From an archaeon (GTDB lineage: Archaea; Nanobdellota; Nanobdellia; WJKC01), in contig WJKC01000018.1 in the NCBI GenBank assembly GCA_014729335.1, positions 1-35,309 of the forward strand: a stretch of DNA of 35,309 nt, given 5' to 3'. The stretch's first letter is position 1; each line of letters starts with the position of its first letter. The translations under genes were made by a program, and so were the position numbers. This document shows positions 16,083 through 22,969 of the stretch, in pieces. The notes beneath the pieces were generated by a model. That model had not been told where the DNA came from and did no database searches. It saw only the letters and a list, made by a program, of their open reading frames with translations.

Positions 16083-16446
16083 AACGCTTCTTATAAACCT
16101 CGTAACTCTCACTAAGCCCTTTCTTAATATTTAAACCAAGATAAACAAGACTAGTAATATAAAAAACGTTAAAAACAGATGTTATCAAAGGTATTTGAAA
16201 ATAAGCCATGCCAGCATTACCAGCCAAGCCACAAGCAGCTGCTAGGATAGTGCCCCAAATCAAGTCACCATTAGCTTCCAATGACTTTTTCCTAGCCGCC
16301 TTATCCAACAACTCATGGTCAAGCGTTTCATAAGCACTTAATAAGAAATTATTTAATACAGGATCAAAATAATCACTTGAGGAACTAGTTTCCAAATCAT
16401 CAATAATTAAACCATAAGCTATCACGCCTTCCTCCTCAATTATCAT
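16063..16446 (-). CDS. hypothetical membrane protein (acidic N-terminus, two C-terminal TM helices)
   Basis: A 127-aa ORF whose 3' end overlaps the trmJ start by 20 nt. No motif recognised. Confidence 0.45.
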   Translation of the reverse strand: MIIEEEGVIAYGLIIDDLETSSSSDYFDPVLNNFLLSAYETLDHELLDKAARKKSLEANGDLIWGTILAAACGLAGNAGMAYFQIPLITSVFNVFYITSLVYLGLNIKKGLSESYEVYKKRYEDSLV

Positions 16447-16513
16447 ACAATTAAATAAGTTCTAGGGCTCTCTTTAAAAAGTTTTTTAATAAATTAGTTA
16501 ATTACTAACAAAT

Positions 16514-17026
16514 ATGTTCACAATCTTTGAAGTAATTGACATAATCATCACAATAATAGCTGCGGGGTACATCCTCCAGCCATTAACCAGGAATAACAAG
16601 CTTAAACACGCATTCGCTTTCGCAGGCATCAGCATCGTACTGCACGAGTTAGGCCATAAGTTCACCGCCCTAGCCAGTGGTTTCAGCGCAGCTTATCATG
16701 CCAACTTCATGGGATTAGGCTTCGGCTTGTTATTAAGGTTCTTCGGGCTACCAGTTTTCTTTGTACCAGCTTACGTCAGCATCAGCGGCAGCGGGTCAGT
16801 GATTGGCTACTTACTAACAGCGCTGGCAGGACCACTAACCAACCTAACAATCTACGGCTTATCAATGCTATTGCTAACAAGGTTCGCGCACATCAAATGG
16901 GTGTCAGACAACGCTGAGTTCATCAACGCCCTGAGAGTAATTAACTTATGGCTGGGAGTGATTAACCTTATACCAATACCAGGCACTGACGGGTTCAACG
17001 CCCTTAACAGCCTAAAGTCATTATGA
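16514..17026 (+). CDS. minimal M50/site-2-protease-like membrane metalloprotease
   Basis: HELGH (HExxH) lies in a TM segment, and NLIPIPGTDG corresponds to the M50 NxxPxxxLDG motif; 170 aa. Confidence 0.7.
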   Translation: MFTIFEVIDIIITIIAAGYILQPLTRNNKLKHAFAFAGISIVLHELGHKFTALASGFSAAYHANFMGLGFGLLLRFFGLPVFFVPAYVSISGSGSVIGYLLTALAGPLTNLTIYGLSMLLLTRFAHIKWVSDNAEFINALRVINLWLGVINLIPIPGTDGFNALNSLKSL

Positions 17027-17787
17027 ACACCATCACTCACGCGTTAATAGGATTAGGACTCAGCGAGGCATTAATGCTCAACCCCCTCATAGTAATCATC
17101 GGCGCAGTCATACCTGATATTGACTACTTAATAAACCTCCCTCACCGGACAATAACCCACTCCTTACTATTCATTATACCAGCCTGCCTAATCACCTGGC
17201 GGTTAAAAGGCAAAAGAGCAGGCCTGGCGTTACTGGTCGGGCTCACATCACACTTAATGCTTGACGCAGCAACCACCCAGGGAGTGCCACTATTATACCC
17301 GTTAAGCAATTACTACGGTTTCAGCCTCTTTAACTCAAATAACCAACTAGCCAACCTAACAGTCATCATAATAGCCTTCCTACTAATAGTTAATAAAGAC
17401 AGCGTGAACGAGTACTTATTCTCACTAAAAAGAGGCTGGGCATTAAAAGGAGTGCTGGGCTCCATCACAGCTTTATTCCTAATACTATTATTAACGCCGA
17501 TTAACTACCAGTTAATGAGCATTAAACAAGTTAAACAGTCAAGCAGCGAGTCAAGAGTGGAAGTAACCGGCTTCATCTGCAGCAACGTCAGCCCTGAAAA
17601 GTCAAACAGCGGCAACGAGTACCAAGTATTCACACTATGTGACGAGACAAGCAACATCACGGTATGGAAAGGAGCATGGGTATTGGAAAACAATTTAAGC
17701 AAAGGGGACGTTATCCAATTAAGCGGGAGGTTCACAACCAAGTTCTCGCAGCCAGAAATATATTATGTTAAAAGTGTAAGTAAATGA
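17023..17787 (+). CDS. DUF457 (YdjM-like membrane-bound metal-dependent hydrolase) fused to a C-terminal OB-fold-like domain
   Basis: ITHALIG, PDIDY, HRTITHS and SHLMLDAATTQGVPLLYP are DUF457 motifs. The C-terminal ~85 aa (VEVTGFICS..YQVFTLCDETSNITVW..GDVIQLSGRF) look like a beta-rich OB barrel. ATGA overlaps on both sides. Confidence 0.6.
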   Translation: MNTITHALIGLGLSEALMLNPLIVIIGAVIPDIDYLINLPHRTITHSLLFIIPACLITWRLKGKRAGLALLVGLTSHLMLDAATTQGVPLLYPLSNYYGFSLFNSNNQLANLTVIIIAFLLIVNKDSVNEYLFSLKRGWALKGVLGSITALFLILLLTPINYQLMSIKQVKQSSSESRVEVTGFICSNVSPEKSNSGNEYQVFTLCDETSNITVWKGAWVLENNLSKGDVIQLSGRFTTKFSQPEIYYVKSVSK

Positions 17788-18440
17788 AGCCAAAAATAAC
17801 CCTTAAAGAAGTCAGCAACTTATTAATCTCAGTCCTAATCCTAGGCTTATTATTCTCCTTCCGCGACTTAACCAACATCGTGCCCAACACCCTAATCATC
17901 GGCTTAGCATTCATTGTCCACGAGTTAAGCCATAAATTCGTTGCCGAGCACTACGACTGCAAAACAATGTACGTCTTATGGCCCCAGGGAATAATGATAT
18001 CAATCATCATCGGGTTGCTGACCCGCGGGGGAGTCATCTTCGCAGCCATCGGCTTCGTGAGCATTAAATCATTCTACTCAACCAGGGTTGGGTACAGATT
18101 CACCCACTTATCACTAGAGGAGATGGGTAAGATTAGCGCCTCAGGGCCAGCCAGCAACATAATACTAGGCATCATCTCAGCAATGCTGACACCAGTCCTG
18201 CCAATAATGGGTTTCAGCACAGCACTTAACTTCGTGCTAGCAATCTTCAACTTACTGCCAATCCCGCCCTTAGATGGAAGCAAAGTATTTGTCTGGTCAA
18301 GGATTGGCTGGGTGTCACTAATGGCTACCACCGTAACCGTTTACGCCCTAACCTTATTCATTAACCCATTAATCGCGGGCGCCATAGGGTTAATGGTGAT
18401 GACCAGCCTAATCTTCTACACCTTCTACAAAGGATTATAA
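17784..18440 (+). CDS. M50/site-2-protease-like membrane metalloprotease
   Basis: VHELSHKF (HExxH) and FNLLPIPPLDGSKV (M50 LDG motif); 218 aa. Confidence 0.75.
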   Translation: MKPKITLKEVSNLLISVLILGLLFSFRDLTNIVPNTLIIGLAFIVHELSHKFVAEHYDCKTMYVLWPQGIMISIIIGLLTRGGVIFAAIGFVSIKSFYSTRVGYRFTHLSLEEMGKISASGPASNIILGIISAMLTPVLPIMGFSTALNFVLAIFNLLPIPPLDGSKVFVWSRIGWVSLMATTVTVYALTLFINPLIAGAIGLMVMTSLIFYTFYKGL

Positions 18441-18445
18441 AAGAA

Positions 18446-18473
18446 GGGGGCTTCGCCCCCTCTCTACACCCCC
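18446..18473 (+). repeat. GC-rich hairpin element, copy A
   Basis: GGGGGCTTCGCCCCCTCTCTACACCCCC. A 6-7 bp stem (GGGGGC / GCCCCC) with a TTC loop, followed by TCTCTACACCCCC. Confidence 0.75.
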
Positions 18474-18493
18474 TTGATGCTGGGAGCTCTAAA

Positions 18494-18516
18494 GGCTTCG
18501 CCCCTTCTCAACACCC
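18494..18516 (+). repeat. GC-rich hairpin element, copy B (degenerate)
   Basis: GGCTTCGCCCCTTCTCAACACCC matches 18449-18471 at 21/23 positions. Confidence 0.7.
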
Positions 18517-18562
18517 AAGGATAAAAAGGTTTAAATAAAAATGGGTTATAGTAATTACTATC

Positions 18563-18823
18563 ATGAGTAATGATAGACTAGTGTCTAAGAAGATTATTGG
18601 CAAGACCATTGTCAGCAAGACAGGCAAAACATTTGGCAAAGTCGGCGACATAATCTTTGAAACCAGGACTGGCGAGTTAATATACATCCTAATTGACAAC
18701 CCGACCTCTTTTGCCACAACCTTTGAATTAGAAGCTAACAAGGAAGGACGATTACAAGTTCCTTTCAGCAGCGTGTTAGCAATCGGCGACTTCGTTGTAA
18801 TCCAGGAAGAAGACATAGGGTAA
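18563..18823 (+). CDS. PRC-barrel domain protein
   Basis: IGKTIVSKTGKTFGKVGDIIFETRTGELIYILID follows the PRC-barrel pattern. AAAGGTTTAAATAA lies about 27 nt upstream of the ATG. Confidence 0.7.
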   Translation: MSNDRLVSKKIIGKTIVSKTGKTFGKVGDIIFETRTGELIYILIDNPTSFATTFELEANKEGRLQVPFSSVLAIGDFVVIQEEDIG

Positions 18824-18906
18824 TGGAGTTAATAATAATCAGCGGGTTAATCACTATTGGAATAATACTACTAATCCTTGACCAAAGAGTCACAAAGTCC
18901 TCTTAA
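18823..18906 (+). CDS. possible 27-aa single-TM micro-protein
   Basis: MELIIISGLITIGIILLILDQRVTKSS. Its ATG overlaps the PRC-barrel stop (TAATG). Below the ORF-track size cutoff, and it overlaps the convergent hydrolase 3' end. Confidence 0.3.
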   Translation: MELIIISGLITIGIILLILDQRVTKSS

Positions 18907-19549
18907 ACCAGTCCCTGACAGCTACGCGGACTCTTCTTAAGTGAGACGAGCGCCAGATTGAGTGACCAGCGTTAGGAATGCTAACAAAGGACTTCTCGCC
19001 CATTAAGTCATTGTATAAACGCTTCATCATTGGCTGAGGTGTTACCTGGTCATCCTCACCTGACACTACTATTACTGGTTTCTCAAGATTACTCACTATT
19101 CTTTTAAGATTATACGAGAAGAACTCCTTCTTAAACCGGTTAGGGATTGCTTTAGCAATCGTCCTCCTAACCCTAGCATAATTATCATAAACTAACCCCT
19201 GCTCGTAGACAGTGTTAACCAATGCCAGTGACTTAACTCGCGGGTTAGTTGCTAATAGTATTGAAACCATCCCCCCAAGGCTGTGGCCTAATAAGCCTAT
19301 TGAGTCAGATTTAACGTGATTAATAACCGCTCTTAAAACCTGCACCCGCTTATTAACCCGCTCAACCCCGTAATTAAACAAGACCGGCTTAAAACCAGCC
19401 CTTGCCAGTGACCGGGCAGTGCTCTGAAACAACAGATTATTCTTTGAACTCCTGAAGCCATGGCTGAAAATAACTGCTTTACTAGAACTCTTATTCTTAA
19501 CACTTAGAATTATTCTACGACCACTAAACTTTACTAAACCCTTAATCAT
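18890..19549 (-). CDS. alpha/beta-fold serine hydrolase
   Basis: Nucleophile elbow GHSLGG, followed by later D and H (NAGHS); 219 aa. Confidence 0.75.
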   Translation of the reverse strand: MIKGLVKFSGRRIILSVKNKSSSKAVIFSHGFRSSKNNLLFQSTARSLARAGFKPVLFNYGVERVNKRVQVLRAVINHVKSDSIGLLGHSLGGMVSILLATNPRVKSLALVNTVYEQGLVYDNYARVRRTIAKAIPNRFKKEFFSYNLKRIVSNLEKPVIVVSGEDDQVTPQPMMKRLYNDLMGEKSFVSIPNAGHSIWRSSHLRRVRVAVRDWFKRTL

Positions 19550-19715
19550 TAATATCGTCTAGTTCACCGTCAGACGCTGCTTCAAACTCGATGCAGTCAT
19601 TGCAAAGCATTAAATCAAACTTGCCGCAGTCACTGCAGAACCTGGTCTCACAGACCTTACAGACCTCAATCTGTTCATGATCATTCTGGTCCGGAGGGCA
19701 TAACTCGCACTTCAT
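19542..19715 (-). CDS. 57-aa cysteine-rich zinc-finger protein (four CxxC pairs) with an acidic tail
   Basis: MKCELCPPDQNDHEQIEVCKVCETRFCSDCGKFDLMLCNDCIEFEAASDGELDDIND. TTTTATATA lies about 27 nt upstream. Its stop overlaps the hydrolase start (ATGATTAA). Not in the ORF track because it is under 60 aa. Confidence 0.6.
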   Translation of the reverse strand: MKCELCPPDQNDHEQIEVCKVCETRFCSDCGKFDLMLCNDCIEFEAASDGELDDIND

Positions 19716-19799
19716 ATCTCACAAGAGTAAAAAAAGCAGGTATATAAAACTTTCGGGAAAGGAAAAAATATTTAAGAAAAGAAAAACGTAAAGATTACC

Positions 19800-20768
19800 A
19801 TGGCAGGAGTTAAAGGATATGATAAAGAAGGAAGAGGAATTATCAGGTACCAATTAGATCCTGTAATAATAACTTTTGCAACTGCCTCAGACGTTAAGAA
19901 TGCTGTAATGTCTTCAGGAGAAGGCCGTGGAAAAATAAAAGGCGGTGTTGAAGATATTGCTTTATGGTTGGATAACGGGGAAAAACCTACAATAGGTGTT
20001 GCCTTAATCCAAATGGAAAAAAATAATAGAATCACCCTAGCAATACTAGTTGACAGAACTGACTTAAGTAATGATGACTTGTTTAAAAATACTCATGATA
20101 AATTTATCCCAGTCCCAATTGATATTGTAGGGGCGCGTGCCACTGCCAGCGATATTCTTAACGGCAATGACCAATGGTTAAAAACCCAGGAAACAATCAG
20201 AGAAGTTCTTGGTAAAGGAGAAGAATCAGGCACCGAGACCGGAGAAAACGACTTGGGCATCAGGTTCGTAACCTACAAAACAGCCGGGGATGTGGCTGAT
20301 ATAGTTGATAGTCTTGCCAAAGCAAAAGGACCAAAAGCCTTTTTCAGCAGCATACTTAAAGGCAGTGAATTAGTAACTTATCTGCATATTAAAGGAATAC
20401 CTGTATGGGTGGTTATTTCTTATGCCAAGGCAAAGAACTTATACTTGGCAACAGTATTGTTTGATAAAACAAACCTAAGAGGGAGTAAAAGCAAGAGATT
20501 CTCTGAACAAAAAAAACTAGAATTAAAAGTTAATGGCACAAAGATAAGAGGATTAACAGCTATTCCTGTAAGAGAAACCCCAAGCCTTAGGGTTAACTGG
20601 AAAGTCATAACAGGGAACGTTAATGAAATATATGATAGGGGCTTTGATAAACAACAGGCAGAACTAGCTAGGACTATTAAAGAAAGAATCAAAAAAATAG
20701 AAGATGACGAGGAAAAGTTCAAGTTTGCAATAGAGACATTAATAGAAGGCAGAATAGAAGAATTATAA
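19800..20768 (+). CDS. hypothetical soluble protein with an internal domain duplication and a C-terminal helical tail
   Basis: Two ~140-aa halves share IR(Y/F)..., A.DV..(A/I)V and L(A)(I/T)(L/V)(V/L)(D/F)(R/D)(T/K)(D/T)(L/N)L (LAILVDRTDL versus LATVLFDKTNL). The end is charged and coiled-coil-like. AAATATTTAAG lies about 24 nt upstream. Confidence 0.5.
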   Translation: MAGVKGYDKEGRGIIRYQLDPVIITFATASDVKNAVMSSGEGRGKIKGGVEDIALWLDNGEKPTIGVALIQMEKNNRITLAILVDRTDLSNDDLFKNTHDKFIPVPIDIVGARATASDILNGNDQWLKTQETIREVLGKGEESGTETGENDLGIRFVTYKTAGDVADIVDSLAKAKGPKAFFSSILKGSELVTYLHIKGIPVWVVISYAKAKNLYLATVLFDKTNLRGSKSKRFSEQKKLELKVNGTKIRGLTAIPVRETPSLRVNWKVITGNVNEIYDRGFDKQQAELARTIKERIKKIEDDEEKFKFAIETLIEGRIEEL

Positions 20769-20789
20769 CTTCTTTTAAAAAATTTTAAT

Positions 20790-21041
20790 TTAACCAAAAA
20801 AGGGCCAGGTATCCCTGATAGCGCTCTGAAGACAGAAAACCCCTATTAAAAAGAAGATAACGCTGATAACTGATATGGGCCCGAGCGTGTAAGAAGTATA
20901 AAACAAGGTGACTGCGTTGCCAAGCTCCGCCGGCATCATGTTAATAAAGAATGGAACAATACCTAAGAACACGAATAACAATCCTAAAGCAAAACCAAGT
21001 ATTCTTGAAACCATACTACAAATAATATAAAGACTAACCAC
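20790..21041 (-). CDS. small membrane protein (2 TM)
   Basis: Last gene of a co-directional string. The start is uncertain: GTG 21041 or ATG 21014. Confidence 0.45.
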   Translation of the reverse strand: MVSLYIICSMVSRILGFALGLLFVFLGIVPFFINMMPAELGNAVTLFYTSYTLGPISVISVIFFLIGVFCLQSAIRDTWPFFG

Positions 21042-21062
21042 TTAAATAAGTTATTCTAATAC

Positions 21063-21350
21063 TCAGAAACCAAAATGAACAATAATCCAAATGCATAGAA
21101 TAGTTAAGATTACTTCAAAGATGATTGCCAGGAAAAAAGCCTCAACCCCAATTAAAGGAGTAAGGAAACCGCCGAGAAACATGAAGCCGGCGTGAATACT
21201 GCCTGACAAGAAGTTAAGCACTGGCACGTCGCCAATCACCGGGATATACGTTGTCAAGGCGCCGATAATACCAAGAACTGATACCACAGCAATAATACCT
21301 GGAATAATGTCCTCAGGCTCATCTAAACCCATAAAAAGAGAAAAAAGCAC
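21063..21350 (-). CDS. small membrane protein (about 3 TM), paralog of 21366-21602
   Basis: VLGIIGAL...VPVLNFL compares with LLGVVGAL...DPLFNLTL in the neighbour. The start is GTG 21350 or ATG 21332. Confidence 0.5.
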   Translation of the reverse strand: MLFSLFMGLDEPEDIIPGIIAVVSVLGIIGALTTYIPVIGDVPVLNFLSGSIHAGFMFLGGFLTPLIGVEAFFLAIIFEVILTILCIWIIVHFGF

Positions 21351-21365
21351 TAAAGGTTAATAAAT

Positions 21366-21602
21366 CTACCGTCTGCGAATAATAGTCTTAATATAACCGC
21401 CCCGGGGAGTGGCAACTGATAAACCAAGAATCATGACAATAATCCAGAAAATAAGCGAGGCAAGCTCAGTAAGGAATAACAAAGTAAGATTAAACAACGG
21501 GTCGCTGATGAAACTAATAGGGTTAGCCTCGCCCAGGAAGCCAAGAGCCCCAACAACCCCTAACAGAACTAATAGGACTCCAATAACATTCAAAGCATTC
21601 AT
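21366..21602 (-). CDS. small membrane protein (2 TM)
   Basis: MNALNVIGVLLVLLGVVGALGFLG... ATG 21602 has AAAGGAATACTTTTTTATTTC about 30 nt upstream. The ORF-track start at 21671 would overlap the upstream gene by 28 nt. Confidence 0.5.
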   Translation of the reverse strand: MNALNVIGVLLVLLGVVGALGFLGEANPISFISDPLFNLTLLFLTELASLIFWIIVMILGLSVATPRGGYIKTIIRRR

Positions 21603-21643
21603 CAAAAAAAAAGTAATAGTTATAGAAATAAAAAAGTATTCCT

Positions 21644-22726
21644 TTAAGCCATTATAACAGGGTCGTCCCATAAACGAGTGCGCGCAGCTATTCTAGCACC
21701 AGGGTTAATAAACTCTACATCATCCTTAACAAAGCCAAGACCACCATGGAAATGTCCTGAAATAACCCTCTTAGGATTAAAGTGCCCCACTAACTCATTA
21801 ATAGTTGGAATAAAAGCCTCATTAAAAACACCATACTGCCCAAGCCTCCCCCAAAAGACCTCGTCAGACACAACATCGTTATGAGCCTTATGAACCACCA
21901 AGGCGTCAAGCCTGCCAGAATACTCTTCCATGAATTTATTCTTAGCTTTCTTAAGCTCGCCGTCGCCGTGAGGAAAAGTGCTTGACGCAAAGTGAGCCAA
22001 GCCCTTATCACCTAATGAATCAATTAACGGACCTGATATCTCAGGCGAGCCGCCGAACCCGCCAAGCTTGTACCTGCCCACCTTCTCAACCTTGCGATCA
22101 ATAAAGTGAAGATTCTTGAATTCAAGCTTGTCATAACGAGACTTAAATAAGTGATAATCAAGGTCATTATTACCCAAGACAAAAGCTACCTTAACCTTAT
22201 TATCCACAGCAAACTCCTCTAACTTATTCAAAATCTTATTGTAAGCACCAGCCACGCTGTCATCAGAGAACCCCAGCTCTTCATTAAAAAGTATGTCAGC
22301 GTATACTCTAACAATATTAGCGACAGCGTGCTCATCACTCATATCCTCAAAACTCTCATGATAAGATTTAAGCCCTGCCTTTAATTTACTGTCAAGAGAG
22401 TTAAAGTAATCCTCACCACTCTTTAAACGAGCCTGCTCTGAAGCACTAAGAGAGTCATAATCCTTAACCGCGTCATAAACCATTAAGTTCTGATAAAGCC
22501 CGTACGCCTCCTTAACAGCTTTTACCTGAACTTCCTTGCCAATCAAGTCGCCGGGCAGCGTCACAACGTTTGGTCCAGCAATCTTGCGGTAAAACCAGCC
22601 AATAACCGGCATCTTATAATAAGGATTATCAGCCTCAAGCTTTTCCTCTAAGCCATTAAGCACTGAGTCTAAGTCATCTAACTCGCCAGATTTAACTTCA
22701 ATATCACCATAAGAGATTAACGCCAT
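21644..22726 (-). CDS. divergent calcineurin-like metallophosphoesterase with a ~110-aa helical insert
   Basis: Ordered motifs: SYGDIE (in place of DxH), LPGDLIGK (GDxxDR-like), VLGNND (GNHD-like), VVHKAHND and ISGHFHGG (GHxH). ATG 22726 has CTTTATAAATAG about 27 nt upstream; the ORF track starts at TTG 22744. Confidence 0.6.
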   Translation of the reverse strand: MALISYGDIEVKSGELDDLDSVLNGLEEKLEADNPYYKMPVIGWFYRKIAGPNVVTLPGDLIGKEVQVKAVKEAYGLYQNLMVYDAVKDYDSLSASEQARLKSGEDYFNSLDSKLKAGLKSYHESFEDMSDEHAVANIVRVYADILFNEELGFSDDSVAGAYNKILNKLEEFAVDNKVKVAFVLGNNDLDYHLFKSRYDKLEFKNLHFIDRKVEKVGRYKLGGFGGSPEISGPLIDSLGDKGLAHFASSTFPHGDGELKKAKNKFMEEYSGRLDALVVHKAHNDVVSDEVFWGRLGQYGVFNEAFIPTINELVGHFNPKRVISGHFHGGLGFVKDDVEFINPGARIAARTRLWDDPVIMA

Positions 22727-22795
22727 ACAGGCAAGAATTATCAATTCTATTTATAAAGATTACCAAACGAAAAGTTTATAAATGAAATCATAGAA

Positions 22796-22917
22796 ACAAG
22801 GAATTAATAACAACGCTCCTTGTCCAAAATTTGTGTTGTTATTATTTAGCAAATCTTTATTTGCTATATCCCTCAAACGCTGTTTCAGGGGGAATTTTTC
22901 CCCTGAAACTTTTTTTA
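22796..22917 (+). ncRNA. candidate structured small RNA ending in a hairpin plus U-tract
   Basis: AAAGTTTATAAATG (22770-22783) is a candidate TATA. Stems: 22796-22802/22817-22823, 22806-22814/22835-22843 (9 bp, pseudoknot-compatible), 22848-22854/22859-22865, and a perfect 10-bp stem 22882-22891/22900-22909 followed by TTTTTTTATTT. There is no upstream + strand gene to terminate. Confidence 0.35.
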
Positions 22918-22969
22918 TTTCTACAATATAAAACCTTAAATAATAATTAACGTTTTATAAAAAAAATCA

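Noticed and set aside
18441-18520. Possible CRISPR array or mini-array from the repeated GC-rich units.
   Set aside because: There are only two adjacent copies plus one distant inverted copy. The units are about 25 nt and imperfect, the spacing is irregular, and no cas genes are present. They are treated as a dispersed hairpin repeat instead.
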